Source: Camelus ferus | Taxonomy: Eukaryota | Reading direction: 5' to 3' | DNA length: 64,000 nucleotides | Assembly (NCBI RefSeq): GCF_009834535.1 | Contig: NC_045696.1 | Span: 64,544,001-64,608,000 of the forward strand | Shown here: positions 13,310 through 27,200 of the stretch, piece after piece | Layout: each line of letters opens with the position of its first letter | Numbering within the stretch: the first letter of the stretch is position 1 | The notes under the pieces: generated by a model | What the model saw: the letters and a program-made list of their open reading frames with translations, nothing else | Databases searched by the model: none | What the model was told of the DNA's origin: nothing | Made by a program: the position numbers and the translations under genes

Positions 13310-13725
13310 TGCGTATTAGCTCTCTAAAGGAACAGAACTAACAGGATATAAAAGAAGATTTATCAGGAGGAGTTGGTCATGCAATCCTGGAGGCCTAGAG
13401 TTCCCGCTTTCTGCAATCTGGAGACCAGGAAAGCGGGTGCAGTAATTTAGCCGGAGAACAAGGGAGGGTCAGTGATGCAACTTCCCATCTGACGATGGGG
13501 AGAAGGTGAGATGAGAGACCTCAGCTCAAGCAGTGAGGCAGGAGGAAAGAGGCACATTCTTCCTTCCTCCACCTTTTTGTTCTCTTCAGGCTCTCAACAG
13601 ATTAGATGATGCCCACCTACCTTGGGAAGAGCATTCTCACTCCCTGAGTCAGCCAGTTCCAATGCCAGTCTCAGCAGACACACCCCCAGATCTGGGCATC
13701 CTCTGATGCCGTCAAGTTGGTAACT
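13310..13725 (-). mobile_element. ERVL LTR (MLT2-like)
   Basis: tattag...aacagaactaacagga...ctggagaccaggaaagc...ttcaggctctcaacagattagatgatgcccacc...gtcaagttg. Confidence 0.75.
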
Positions 13726-13783
13726 CAGATGATCTGTTGGGCTGTTAGAACTGCTGTTCATGATACTTTGTTCTTCCAGAATA

Positions 13784-13941
13784 TTTTTTTTTTTGAAAGT
13801 TGCAGGGAGAGAGGTAATTAGGTTTGTTTGTTTTTAAATTTTATTTTATTTTATTTATTTTTAACGGAGGTCCTGGGGATTGAACCCAGGACCTCATACA
13901 TGCTGGGCACGTGCTCTACCACTGAGATACACCCTCCCCCC
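13784..13941 (-). mobile_element. Camelid tRNA-derived SINE (Vic-like)
   Basis: ggggattgaacccaggacctcatacatgc...ctctaccactgagatacaccctcccc, plus the gaggtaattaggttt motif shared with the other copies, and a T-rich tail. Confidence 0.88.
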
Positions 13942-14181
13942 AGGTTATATTCTAATTTTTCAGAGTTTTATTTTACCCATTTCTTCTTTTGACCCTCATC
14001 CGATCTCACTGGTAGAGAGACGTCGTTTCTTTTTCCAGGTAAGCACTGCTGGGCGTGACAGGGAATGAGCCTTCCTCTTCGCACAGTGAATTAATGGACG
14101 GTCAGGACTAGAGCCTGGGTTTCTTATTCTGATTCCATGTTCTTGCCCACAGTTGGACTGTGAATTCTGTGGCTGTGCTAA

Positions 14182-14362
14182 ACCAGTCCTCACAGTGTGG
14201 TCCTGGACCTGTGACACCAGTGCTCCTGGGAATGTGCTAGAAATGCGCGCTCTCTGGCCCGGCCCCAGACCCCCTGAGTCACAAATGCTGATGGCCGAGG
14301 CCCAGCCATCTGTGTTTTAATAATATCTCCAGAGGATTCTGCATGCTAGTTAGAGAACTGCT
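14182..14362. mobile_element. MER5A-like hAT-Charlie MITE
   Basis: cagtcctcacagtgtggtcc...tagaaatgc...ccccagacc...ggcccagccatctgtgttttaa...gagaactgctg. Confidence 0.75.
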
Positions 14363-17300
14363 GTGGTAACAAGGCAGAATCTGTTCAGTGTTCAGGATTT
14401 CACTACATTTTGCTCATCTACCAAATTCACAGAGGAGAGATGGTGTTAAGCTAAAACTGACCACAAAAATCAGTGCGTGTGTTTTTTTTTTCTCTTCCTC
14501 CCGTTTCCCTCCCTCCTCCCTTCCCCTCCCTCCGCACTCCTACCAACCAGGTACTTTGTGGTAACTTTTTATTAAAAATGCTTCTCTCTGCCGTACAAAG
14601 CTGGCAGAGTGATCACATTACTTAAGTGACAAACATGGGGAAACTAAAATCAAAAGAAAAAAGAAAGGGAGGGAGATGGTTGAAAAGAGGCAAATACTGG
14701 AACATTTTCTTAAAATAAAAAAGTCATGTGCCCAAACAGCAAATACAAACTGATGTAATTAACTGACCCAGAGAAGTGTGAACAGAATGCTTTTTTTTTT
14801 TAAATTACATTTTCTCTATCTGCAAAGTTCCAGAAACTGTATTGGGAGCTTTATGTAACTGTTTCAGTCAAGTCTCACAATACCATCTCTTTCACAAGGC
14901 TATTATCCTCATTTTTTTTTTAATGAGGAAACTAAAGTTTCAGAAAGTCAAGACACTTCCCCAGATGTCACACAGGTAATAAATCATGAAGCTAGGGTTC
15001 ACATTCAAGCTTGTCTATATCCTAAATTCATAATCTGCCCATCACGTCACCCACCTTATCTCTTAGGGTATCTTTCTTTCCCGTATGCCTTTTTCATCCT
15101 GAAGCCATGGAATTTTCTCAGTGAACATATGCCATCCCACCACTTCAAAGGCATTGCTGCAAGCAGCAGTGGGCATCTGGGATTTACCAGTAAGGAACAC
15201 TGTTTCTGAAACCCAAATCCATTTCTGACTCACTTTGAAATAGTATCAGTAAAATCAGGTATGAATTTTAAAAATTTCTATTCAACCTTCAGGCCCTTCT
15301 GCCGTCCTTTGGTTTGGAGCCTGGCCAACAACTGTAAAGAAGAATGAGGAAAGCACGACCTCTAGTGGAAAGACAGAAAACATCCTGTGGTTTTGCTGGA
15401 GGGTTTCTCCCTGGACCACCCCTTCCCTCTTTAAAATAAAACTACGAAATTTTTCATCTGAAACTTTCTCTCGTGACAAGACTTAGGTCAGTGCACAAAT
15501 GTCATTTTTGTTGTAACGACCTTAAAATGAGACCTCTGCATCTCACGATCACACCGCACTTGGCTGTGAGTCCTTTAATGGCCTCTCTTGAGTGGGCACC
15601 GTCTTTTAAAAGAATGCTTGTCATTTAGTCTTTTCCCCACTTTACTGTAAAACCTAATTTCACTGGATTTTTGGAAGGGACACAGCATGAATATGGTTAT
15701 GTGTATTAAATCCATCTTGTCTAAATTCACCTCCCAGGCATTGATAGCTTTGGCAATTGTAGACTTCTGTCCAAAAGGTTGCTCTTTGATGTCAAGGACT
15801 GAGCTGTAATTGTGCCCATCACCGCGGGTTTGTTGCTTGGCTGCCAAGTCACCCTTACAGCTGATTCACACTGACCCATATAACGTGCTCTCAAGAGAGG
15901 ATGGGGGTGTGCCCTTAAGGATTCTTGGCTGGTGACACAATTGCTTTGTCCAAGCTTAAGATTGAATAGAGGACAAAAATCAACCACTATCTGATGGGCA
16001 GAGGGAGATAGAAGATATGAAAAACTAATTGGCAGAAATCTAGAAAAAAATAGATCTTTTTCATTCAAAGCAAATTGCATAACTTGGAAGTTGAAGGTGT
16101 AAATGAATCCCCCAGTCCCCCAAAGGCATGAGAGATGTCCTGTCTTTCCTGAATCTCAATTACTGTCATCTTTCCAAAAGTCCCACCAAAGTAGCTTTCC
16201 TGATTTGAGGAATAGCTAATCTCACCTCTTCAAGATTTTGGAGAATCTCTGGTCCAGTGAACCCCTTCCTCTAACCTGACGGCTCTGCCTTTCTTGAATC
16301 CATGCAGCTAGACTGTCTGCTCTGAAATTGAGGGAGAGAGCGGACAGTCTCCATTTGCAAAAGCATTTAAAAATTGCTAGTCTAAAATTCCCATATCTCC
16401 TTGGAGATTGTGCTTCAGTCCTTCTAGGGTGGGACATGGGACCCATATTTTCCCGCTGTTTGGTTGGTGACCCCCACTCAGAGTGGAGAGAGCCCTGGAC
16501 GGAGGATCAGGACCTAGGGTTGTCTTCCCAGCACCTGTGCCGGGTGCTGGGCTGTGTCCTTTTCCCCGGGGCCTTAGCAACATGACCTGTCCCATGGCAG
16601 TTGGAGTACATGACACTGGAAGTCAGTTCTGCCTCCGGTAATCAATGACTCATTCGCATTCTTTGTGTGGGGTTCAGACAGACAACCTCGGCTTCATCCC
16701 CCTGGAGTCCGACTTACAGAACTGGCAACTGATTCAGATAACAGTATATAAAGTTAAAAAAAAAAAAACAAAAACCCAAACCCTTTTATATCTCTCTGAG
16801 CCACCATTTTAGTTTACAATGTCTGGCTAGAATATTGAATTTCCTGTTTTGTCCCCACACCGCTGGCCATTACTCCATATTTTTTAATGGTGAGAGGAAA
16901 AGTAGGAGAAAGGAGTTATTTTTCAAAGTATCACTTTCGCCTGTCAGCATGAAGAGACTCACTTTTTGACTCTCCTTTTTTATTGTCCTGGCGTGGATTT
17001 CAAAACATTGCAATAATTTGACCTTCTTTCGAATGATCTGCTCATGCTTTTAAACTGCAGATTTCAGCCTCTGCACGGGGCTTTGTGACTAGTTGTTTTT
17101 TAAGCCTGATTTCTTTTGATGTAAACGTTTTCAAGCTCAAACAATAAAGTATGTTTTCATCCAGGCACTGAAAGTAATTATCAGGTAGACAATTGTGGCT
17201 CAGAAGTGGATTCTTTGTTAGTCTGTCAGGCTGGCCGTACTTTTCCCCCACGTCTCTTTTCCTTGGAAACAGTTATTTGATTCCTCTAGTCCTTCCTTAA

Positions 17301-20039
17301 ATTATAGGGATGAGTGTAGTTGCGTGGAACGTTCCAGCTTTATACGATGGGAAGACTTTTAAGACTTGTTAACTGAGACGTTATCTTTTGAAATAGCAGA
17401 TTTTTAGGATGTTATACCGCTGTAGTGTTTGGAAACTTGATCGAGGGTATTAGTATTTGAAATAACATTTTTTACAATTTAAAGGAAGGTAAAGGCAATA
17501 TAGACAAAGGGGTCATTATTAATAATAGCTATACAGCAATGAGCTACTTGGAAAATTAATTAGTAATTTTTAGGTATCTAATTATTTGAAACTTAAAGAC
17601 AGGTTACTTTCTAGGAATGATGTGTGTTTGCTTAGAAAGCGGGGCATTTTGTCAATCACCCAGTCAGTCCAGGCATAACTGAGATCTCCAGGCTTACCAC
17701 CCACAGATTGCCACCCCCCCCAACTGCCCCCAGAAGAGCAATGAGCCCTTAATTATTTGCAGACAAAATAATTTACATTTTGAGCCCTTTCTTTCTCTTT
17801 CTGCTCACTCTGCAACAGACTAATAACTTGGTACAGAAGCCAAATGACATATCCTTCCTTCTTTCAAAATAATTTTGTGTGGGCAGACTCATTTTTAATC
17901 TTGTTTAGACCAGAGATTTTTGTGGATGTTTTGTGCCCTTATCTTGGCTGGTCACTTAGCCGCCAAGAGTCTGTTTCCACGCCTGTGCAGTGAACACTCC
18001 AGTGTTCTTCACAGAATTATCGCTGGGAACAAATGAGAAAATGATTGTGACCATTTTCTGGGAAATTGAAAGCTTCAAATTAATTGTAAATTAACAATTA
18101 TTTACAATGTAAATGAACGTTTATTTGGATGATTTATTGATTGGAGCCAGGTAAAAAAATTTAGTTGCATCTTGGCTCCTGAAATCTTTGGATGTATCTA
18201 TTTATTGGTAGTTAGAATGAAACAGTTTTGCAGAGAGAGTGGTGCCTTAAGCCTCATACCATCAAAAACCGTTTCCTCTGCCTTCTCGCTCCCTTTTCCC
18301 TGGTTCCTGAAGCTGTGTTCGTGATCTTTCTATCTCAGATGCAGCCAGTGGGAGCTGAAACACTGTGCTTTGTGACAGGGTCTTCAGTATGCTCTAAGAA
18401 TCAATTGATAATCATGTTGCCTGCCCAGAGAAAGCATTTTTCAGTCTGGGCTCTGTCTAGATGGATTCTGTCAGCTCCTGAATAAGCAGGCGATTTCCTC
18501 TGGGAGACCAAAAGACAAAGTTTTGAGTCACTGGGGGCAGACAAGCCGTTATTGGTGCCTTAATGTCATCTCATCAAGTCTTAGCCCCTTGCTAAGCCTC
18601 AATTTCTCCAGAGCTTTCGTTGGAGGATTTTATGACTTTGGATCCAGGAACTCTTAGTACATGAATGCAGTGTGGGCGCCATCTCCTGGCAGTTATTGGT
18701 AATTACTTAGTAAGATGGCATCTGTTCATTTACCTGGTCTGTTCTTGTGCATCAAAGGAAAAATGCAGTTATAATCTTTTTTTAAAAATCAGGTATTAGG
18801 CTGTGATCTTAGATGACACTGTAACTAGATAGCAGCTTTCCTTCTAATCTCTGGCTAAGATTGCTGGCTGAAAGCAAGAGGAGATGCCTTTGGGTAGTTA
18901 CCATATAGTTCACGGTCAGCTGTTAACAGGCTACTAGATTTTCCCTTCCATCTCTGCTGCGTGTGTAACAGGAGTCCCTTGCTTGCAAGTATAGTGGCTC
19001 TGGAGTGTCTCATCATGTCTGTCAACCTGACACTGTACGTCCTAGTACATCACTCTGACAGTAGACCCTATCTTTAGTCAGTACCACCTGTTTTATTATT
19101 CATCAGCTGACATGCGTTGAACTTGTGTTAGGTTAGGAGATGCACAGGTCATCAGACAGAGGGACACCAACAGGTTAACAAAGAACTGACAATGGATATA
19201 AGCACTGCACTAGGGAAAGGACGGGCGGAGGGCGTTGAATGGAGAGGTTAAATTCGTGATTTAGAATTTTTCCCATGCAACTTAGAGGAACAGAGGCAGA
19301 ATGATCCCAAACAGAGGCTGAAAGAAAATATTATTTTGGTCTTTGAATTTGTCTTGAGACTTTTTATACAGGAATACGGTGGGTCTACTTGATTAAAGCT
19401 CCTCTCTGAAAATTGGTTCCTACAGTAAACTGGGAAGACAAACTTTTTTTTTTTTTTTGCTTTCTCTCCTCAATCCTTAGTCCCCATTGGGTTCTGTTGT
19501 TGCTGTTGTTTGTAGTTTGAGGAAGAGATGTCTGTCTCTAAGTATATGAGTGTATGAGTGACTTTCCGTCTTTCCAGAGTTCTCAGGTATTGGAAGCGGT
19601 TTTAAAATGCCCTTTGGGAAATGAGAAGAATTTGAATACCAACAAAGGGATAAGTGAATAGACAAAGTGCTACCTGTATAAATGCCCTGGACAACAGGCT
19701 CACTGATCAGAGAAGGCTGAGGAGCTCAACGTGAGAACAGGGCCCAGATCTAGTTTCATAAGACACATGTGCTAGATCTGTAACTTGATGTGGGGAAGAA
19801 CACGCCATTCACTGTCACTGGCTTGTGCTTCTGTTCTCATGGCCAGTTACACATCGGAGGTGATGTGATTTCATCCAGAATTATGAGCAGAGATGAACCT
19901 GTCCAGCCCTGCTGCACACGCGTGTGCACACACACACTAGGAGAAAGGTAAAATCAAGTGAAGTCAATCATAGTAATAGTAAGTAATTATTTTTAATCTT
20001 CTTTAGATACAAGAATGGTGGTTACAGTTTAAAAAGGGC

Positions 20040-20220
20040 TTTGTCAGAGAAATATCTAGAAGTGATTTTCTTTAAAGTATTACAACCAGAAAATGAGGGG
20101 ATAAGTGAAACGAGAATGGCAAGCCTAACTGATGAAGCCGAGTGATGGGCACATGACGATTCATCATACTGTGATCTCTGCAATTCTGTATGTTTGAAAA
20201 TTTCCAAAGTAAACGAGTTT
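20040..20220 (+). mobile_element. Old L1ME-type 3' terminus
   Basis: gaagccgagtgatgggcacatg...ttcatcatact...tgtatgtttgaaaatttccaaagtaaa. Confidence 0.65.
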
Positions 20221-20852
20221 TAAGACAGGATTTTTGCTAGCCAATGACAGATTTGAAATCCTTTCAATGGGACTTCTTTATGTAAATTGCAATTACCTTT
20301 GAGCTAATGTAGCAGCTCTGAGTGTAGAGGAGACCCCAGCTAATAGGGCCCCTTTCTAATCACCCGTGACATTTTCTCAGGCTGCTGGGTCACAAGGGGG
20401 AATGTCTCTTATTGCAGACACAGTTGGGTTTTTTTGTTGGTTTGGTTTTGTTTTGTTTTGTCTTGTTTTAGAGAAGGCACAGAATTCTTCATGTTTCTTT
20501 CCCCGTGGCTCAGTGTGCAGGGTTGAGTTCTGCACAGAGGCAAAAAGAAGCTCTGATAGATTCTGCTCTGTCCACAAAGGAAAAAGACTTTCTTGCTTCA
20601 GAACTCAGTAAGAGCCTCTGCTTTGTGGTTAGTATTTCCTTTAGTAATGATGTTCTTGGCCACCTTCTGTCTGCCTCCCCAGTCGAGTAGTAGAAACTTA
20701 GGGGATATAACTTTAAAATTCAGGCTTTGCTGTTGGATTAAAATAAGCAAATTTAACTATGCATATGCATTGAATATATAGGGACATTTTCAGAGTTTGT
20801 CTTGGTGGCTTGAAAGAATTCCAAGGATGCTGCTATAATTAAAACACTTGTG

Positions 20853-21241
20853 ATCATACTAAGTGAAGTAAGTCAGACAGAGAAAGACAAATATTGTATG
20901 ATATCACTGATACATAGAATCTAAAACAAGTTATAAATGAACTTATTTACAAAACAGAAACAGACTCACAGACATGGAAAACAAACATGGTTACCAAAGA
21001 GGAAAGGGGGACAAATAAATTAGGAGTTTGGGATTAGCAGATACAAACTACTCTCTATAAAATAGATAAACAACAGGGTTCTACTTTATAGCACAGGGAA
21101 CTATATTCAATATCTTATAATTACCTATATTGAAAAAGAATATATATATATATATATACACACATATATATAGCTAAATCACTATGTTGTATACCAGAAA
21201 CTAACACAGCATTTTAGATCAAATATACTTCAATTTAGAAA
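20853..21241 (+). mobile_element. 5'-truncated L1 3' end (artiodactyl/camelid lineage)
   Basis: ctaagtgaagtaagtcagacagagaaagacaaat...gggaactatattcaatatct...; TSD aaaacac(t/c)tgtg at 20841-20852 and 21242-21253; internal (TA)n. Confidence 0.88.
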
Positions 21242-24200
21242 AAAACACCTGTGGAATGCTCTTTTAGAATTGTCTAGGGGTTAAGTCCGCTTCACACACA
21301 TGTGCATGCACACATAGCTGTGTGTCACAGCACTATTCACTTTTTTTTTAGAGTCATTTATAGTCTTTCTTATAATCCTTGACCCATTTTGCTCATAATA
21401 CTTCATTCCCCAGGGATGGCTAAAATAAGCTTTTAATCTGCTTTAAAAATCATCCTACTCCAAGACAGAATTTGTTTTATTTTTAGATAGAGAAGTAAGC
21501 TTCCCCTATTTCTGATAGTGTTTCACATGGCAATTTTAAATGCCCAAAGGTGTTAAAGTATTTATTCTCTCGGAGCGCCCTTTTAATGCTGGAAAGCATC
21601 GTGGGCTAGTGAGAAGAACATGGAATGAGCTTGAATTTTCAAGGGCCATGAACAATTACTTGACTGTTAAGTATCTTGATTTCCTCACCTGTGAAATGGG
21701 GACAAGACTACCTCCTTGAAAGTGCCAAGAGTATAGAATGAAATGGCATGGGTGAGACGTTCAGCCTCTGCCTTAATGCACAGTAGAGTCAGAAAGCTGT
21801 GTCCTTCTCAGAGAGCACTTGACCTGAAATGTACGTACCTCGAAAATGTGCTCTGTAAAGTCAGTCCTTCTTTTGTTTCTATGTTTTATTGCTAGTACTG
21901 TGATCTTTCCTTTTAAAAATGGCAGAATTGATTGGAGGATGTGACTGCACCTGGGCTGCAGATGAGACGTGACACAGAGTAAACCAGACGAGAGAGAAGA
22001 GCGGTAGCCCGCACTGGGGCGAAATGCTCCCTTGGAATCTTACTGCGCCTGTGACGGGGCCCACGCTGGACAGTCACAGGTGGCGGCAGGAGTCTGTGTC
22101 ATGGCTGTCTGGGGTCGGTGGTAGGCTGTGGTGATGGGCAGCCCCAGACATCAATGCTCAGACTCCATCACATGTTTGTATTTTCAGTCTTCATCCCTGC
22201 TGAAGAGGCTGGTGGATCACCTCTGAGGACAGGAAATGCACCCCCTCCACAGGCAGTGCTGTTAGAGAACTCTGCCAGACAGGAGGGACTTTCATTTACA
22301 GATTAGACTATTCTTTTTTCTCTCTACACACCTTCTACTGATTGAGATCATGTAGGTAAAGTCCATTTCGTCTTTAGCGGGACAGCTCATCAAATATTTG
22401 ACAGCGGATCCCATGGCCTTCGTGAATTTGCCATCCTCCAGGCTAAACAGTTTGCACTTCTGCCCTCTTCTGTTTTGGCTAGGACCTCTGTTCGCTTCCT
22501 TCAGTGTTACTCTCTCAGCTTGTAATTACATGTTCATTAGCGTGTGATCATTTGATTAGTGTGGGAGTTGTTTGTGCCGCGTATCAGATATTCCTGGCTC
22601 TCCGCCTTCCCAGCACGAGGCAGAACCGTGCCTTCTTCCCTGGGGTTGGCGGGGAGGGGGAGCTGTGTGACTCATTTTGGCCAGGGGTGTGTGAATGAAA
22701 ATGGTATTTGTCATTCCCAGATCAGAGCATTTAGCTGCTGAAAAGAGATCCTCAGGGATCTTTTCCTCCAGTAGAGGGAGCATAAAGTTCTAGATGAGGG
22801 TCGTTCCCTCCCCCTGAGTTCTGGATGAAGGAAGACAAGCCCCAGCCAACAACCCCTGATGGTTGTGTAGCCTGAATGAACAATAAGACTTTGTTGTTTT
22901 TAAGTCACTAAGGTTTTAGGTTTGTTACTCAGCATAACTGCATCTATGCTGATTGATACAGTGTGTCTGGCTTTCTCACTCCATGACAAGCATTATGCAG
23001 TGGGGACTGGGTGTTTCTCTCCACCATTGGGTCTTCAGTATCTCATGTACTTCTGGCTCAGAGGAGGCGCTGATGCTTATGTGGCATGTGTATGAATAAA
23101 TCAAACCTGAGTTTTGAATCCCACCTCCATCCTTGCAATTTCTCAGACTTGGCTTCCATCATTATTCCTCTTCCAAAATTTAGACCCCACCCCCTATTAA
23201 ACCCCCTATAAGAGCCAGCTTTCTAGCTTCAGGGTAAGTAAGTAGTTTTCATATACATCCCCAAATGAGAAAGAAATGGAAACCAGACTCAGCTGGGTCA
23301 CAGGCAAAGCTGAATGAAGGTCCATTTGACTTAATTCTGAACATGTCCATTAGAAGGTTATTGCTTCTGAAGATCAGGAGAGGTAATCTGGTCATCACTG
23401 ATATAGTTCTGTATTTTTATGTAGCCATTTGATACAATATTGGCATCACTCTTGCTTTTCACTTGCTACTGTTTTTGTCCTTCAAGAATGAGCCATCTAA
23501 AATGATCACTCCTTTTGTAAATTAACAACTAGCTTTCATTTCCTGTCGTAGCTGTGAGAGGCAGCTAGGTGGGGCTAATGAGACACTCCTTTGAGTCTTG
23601 CCAATAAGCCCTCATTGGCAGAAACCACGAGTTTTTAAACTAGCCTAAGACCTAAAAGTAGAAAAGGGCAAAACTTATTAGATGGGAAAAGTATATTGCT
23701 AATGTGGGTACACGCACCTGCCCAAAACCCTGTTTATTGACTGCCAAGTAAGTACCAGACCACAAGCTAAGTAACCTGGTGTGTATTTTCTTATTTTATC
23801 CCCGTAGCCACCCAGCAAACTTTTAGCTGTTATTCCCCAATTCCATTTAAGGAAACTGAAGCCCAGAGTGCTTAATTATGATGGTCCTGGATGAATCGGA
23901 CTTGAATCCAGGTGTAACTCATGTTCATTCTGTTTAAAATAGCTGAGTAAACTTTGGCAAAGCTCATCAATTTTTAGAACTTTAGTTTTAATTTTTAAGA
24001 AAGCAAATAATGAAAGATTCGAGAGGCTTTTCCCCCCCGCAACCTGACTTTTGGATTATTAGTAAAGGATTTTATAGAGATATGCTGACACTATTCCGTA
24101 TTACCTTCAAAATCCCTTGGTTATGGTTGATGAGGTATTCAAGTTGACTGAACCAAACGATGCGTTCAGTAAGCAGCCGCCTTCTGATCCCAATGTCTGT

Positions 24201-27200
24201 ATTAGCCAAGCCGTAAGGAAACCTTGGCCACAGGAGCTCATAGACGCTATTGACTGTGACAGCATCTTTCATTTACAGACCCTCTTTGCCAGTTATTGTG
24301 CCAAGTGCTTTATGTTGTTATCTCATTAAAGCGGGATGATAAATACAGCCCACTACAGTTACAGGTATAGGAAGTGCAAAGGTAAGAATTCAGATCAGGA
24401 CCCCTCACAGGGGTGTGTGGGTTGTTGGTTTTACAGGGCATTTGTTCTGAGGGCACAAGAAAGGGCTGGGGTCCAGCCCGCCGTCTGCTTGCCAGGCTGC
24501 ACAGCAGCAGCCACCAGAGGAGGCGTCCCTGGGCTCGCTTCAGTCTGGGTGCGGCTGCGGGAGAGGATGCTCCCTTCATTTCCCTTCATATCACACGTTT
24601 TGTATGCCTTACACGTGCTTAGAGACGTTAAATAGAGTATCAGCTCTGGGGAATAGGTGTTGTTTGGCTAATCCAGTTTTATAGATGGTGGAGAAAGGGA
24701 AGAATATATGGGGAAAATGAGCTAAGCCTCTACTATGTGCTTAGACATTTCATATCAACCCTCTTAGTGCAGTTTTATGGTTTTATTTGTTCCTTTTAAA
24801 TAGATGAGGAATTGGACGCTTAGGTTAAATTAACTTGTCAGGCTGACAAGTAGGAAATGACAAACCCAAGAGTCAAACCTAACTAAGCCTGTCTTCCTCT
24901 GACTTCAATGTCCTTGCATACATTATTAGTGTCAAAATGAGGAACAATCAAGGAAGACTTCTTGGAGGAGGCATCTTTTGAATCATTCCTATTACTATAT
25001 ATATTTGGTCCATAGGTCATTCCCATAACACGGATTGATCAGTTCTCTAAAAGGTTTAAATCAAATTTACATGCAGCTGTCTCAGAAGTTATGCCAAATA
25101 AAACAGACTCTGACTTATAAAACATATTATGTGATAATATTAGTGATCACTCAGCAGATTATTGAAAAGCTGGGAAGCTCCTCTGGTGCCTTACTTCTGT
25201 ATTTTCTGTGTCTTAGAGTGTTTATTTGAGAATATAAATAGCTTCTTGTGAGAAGGTGCATTCCTCCTTCTGAAAAATGTGGATGATCAGGCATGTTCTG
25301 CTTGCCTGTCCAAGGTCACACTAAAGCTTTGACCAACAAAAGTGCAAAGCTGGCACTGGGCCTTGAGACCTCTGCTACTTCCCTTCCCAGCCATCCTGCA
25401 TTCGTGTCAGGTCAGGTCGTTGTCAGACAGATCACAGTATGCACGTGCCATCCTGACCTTCACAACAAATGTGGGAATAAGACAATGTTGTTCGTCTGTC
25501 ACTAGGGCTGTGTGACCTTGAATGAGTTAGTCCTCCATTCTGAACTTCAGTTTTTCACCTGTCAAGTCAGGGACTTGGATGGATGACTTTTGGCTGTGAA
25601 TGAAGAAAATGTGAAAACTCTCCCCAAATGGAAGTCATTATAAATCCCAAAGATTGGTGACTTTGTTAGAGGAAGGTGGTTGCACCTACTTCTCAGAATG
25701 TTGCTCAGAATATTGAGTAAGCTTAACAAAAATAGTTGAAGCATAAATCAATATTTTTATAGGAAGGTTTTATATTGTTTATTAACAACCAAAGAGACTG
25801 CTACCCTAGGGAATGTATAAGAATCACAGAAGGGCTTTGTCAAAATCATCCCATTTGGTACCTGTCCTACCATTAAGAATCACTGCCATGATGAGGCAGT
25901 GTTATTGGCGTGCCACATGAGTTGAAGTGAAAAAGAGAACACTCTTTTACAAAACAATGAATATTATTGAGATATTCAGGTCAATTTTATCTACATAGAA
26001 ATCTTTTTTATATACACAGTCAAAAACGTAGAGAGAGATACAGTTTATTCTGCAGCTTTAATTACAAGACATAAAAGTTCTGCCTCTTTGATAATCTTTA
26101 TTCCTTCAACAGTGTTAAGCGTTCTTTTTTTTTTTTAAGGAATCTATCCAAGTGCTAATTTCACTTACCTGCTTAGTATTTATTACATCCTACTTGAATA
26201 CTCATATATGTACTCGAATAAAGCTGTGAAGGTGAGAAAAGACAAATGATACTTAGTTCTTGGGCTCTGGTGTTACCCGTGGGGCCTTATATGTTTGAGT
26301 GAAGGAGGTTAGTAATTTGAGTTCAGCAGAATGTGATAAAGTTTTATTCACTAGGATATAAGGAAGTCAGGGACAGAGTTACTTGACATTCTAAAGACAA
26401 TCAGCAAAGAACTGATTGTGGATGGATGACCTGGAAGCCAATCCTTAAACTGGGGCCCCAGTAGCGATCTAAAATAGTAATATTAAGGTCTTAAGTAGAA
26501 ACTATGCAATAAACTGAAATCAAAGAATCAGTTTCAAGAGAGGCAGCCAGGAGGCAGTTTTACTTTGTGTTTTTAAGAGCAATCATATGCCAATGCTTCC
26601 CTGAAAAGATGAGACCCACCCAAGGGAATGAGCTATATTTCTCCATCCCTCCTTTTCTCTGCCGCTAACAGGCTCGGTGGTATGTGTTCAATCTTTCTTT
26701 TGTTCCCACTCATGGTTTTGGATAATTTGCTAATAGCTTAACAGCCAGAGACACTTGTTATCACAAAAATATCCTGTAATTATACAAAAATCCTTGGATC
26801 GGTTCAGAGATGGCACTTGTTGGAACCGATGCCTGCAGCCCAAGTGTACAGTTGAATTTTTTTTTTCCTTCTCAGCCCCTGGCTGTGTTTTAGTTGCCTG
26901 GCAACCCATCTGTGATGATAGCTGATGTCAGCTGATTTTCACTTAAACTTAGCCCAGGAAAGTTTTCAAGGAGGGCATTTGAGTTTGTATCATGCTGGGG
27001 AAGGCTCCAATTTGTGCTACCAAATACTTGTAAAACTGCAGGCTAATGGGCTTAGGCAGGCTGAATGTAACTGTGGAGGTCTCAGGGGATCAGCTTCCAG
27101 AACAATGTGGCCCCGGGGACTTTGTTTCTTAACTCCTAGGAGCTTAGCAAATGAGCCTCAGCCACATTCTCTATACTGCTCTGCCCTTTTTAAAAAAGGA

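Noticed and set aside
26798..26830. 8-bp inverted repeat atcggttc...gaaccgat
   Set aside because: Too short for a pre-miRNA or MITE; expected by chance in 64 kb.
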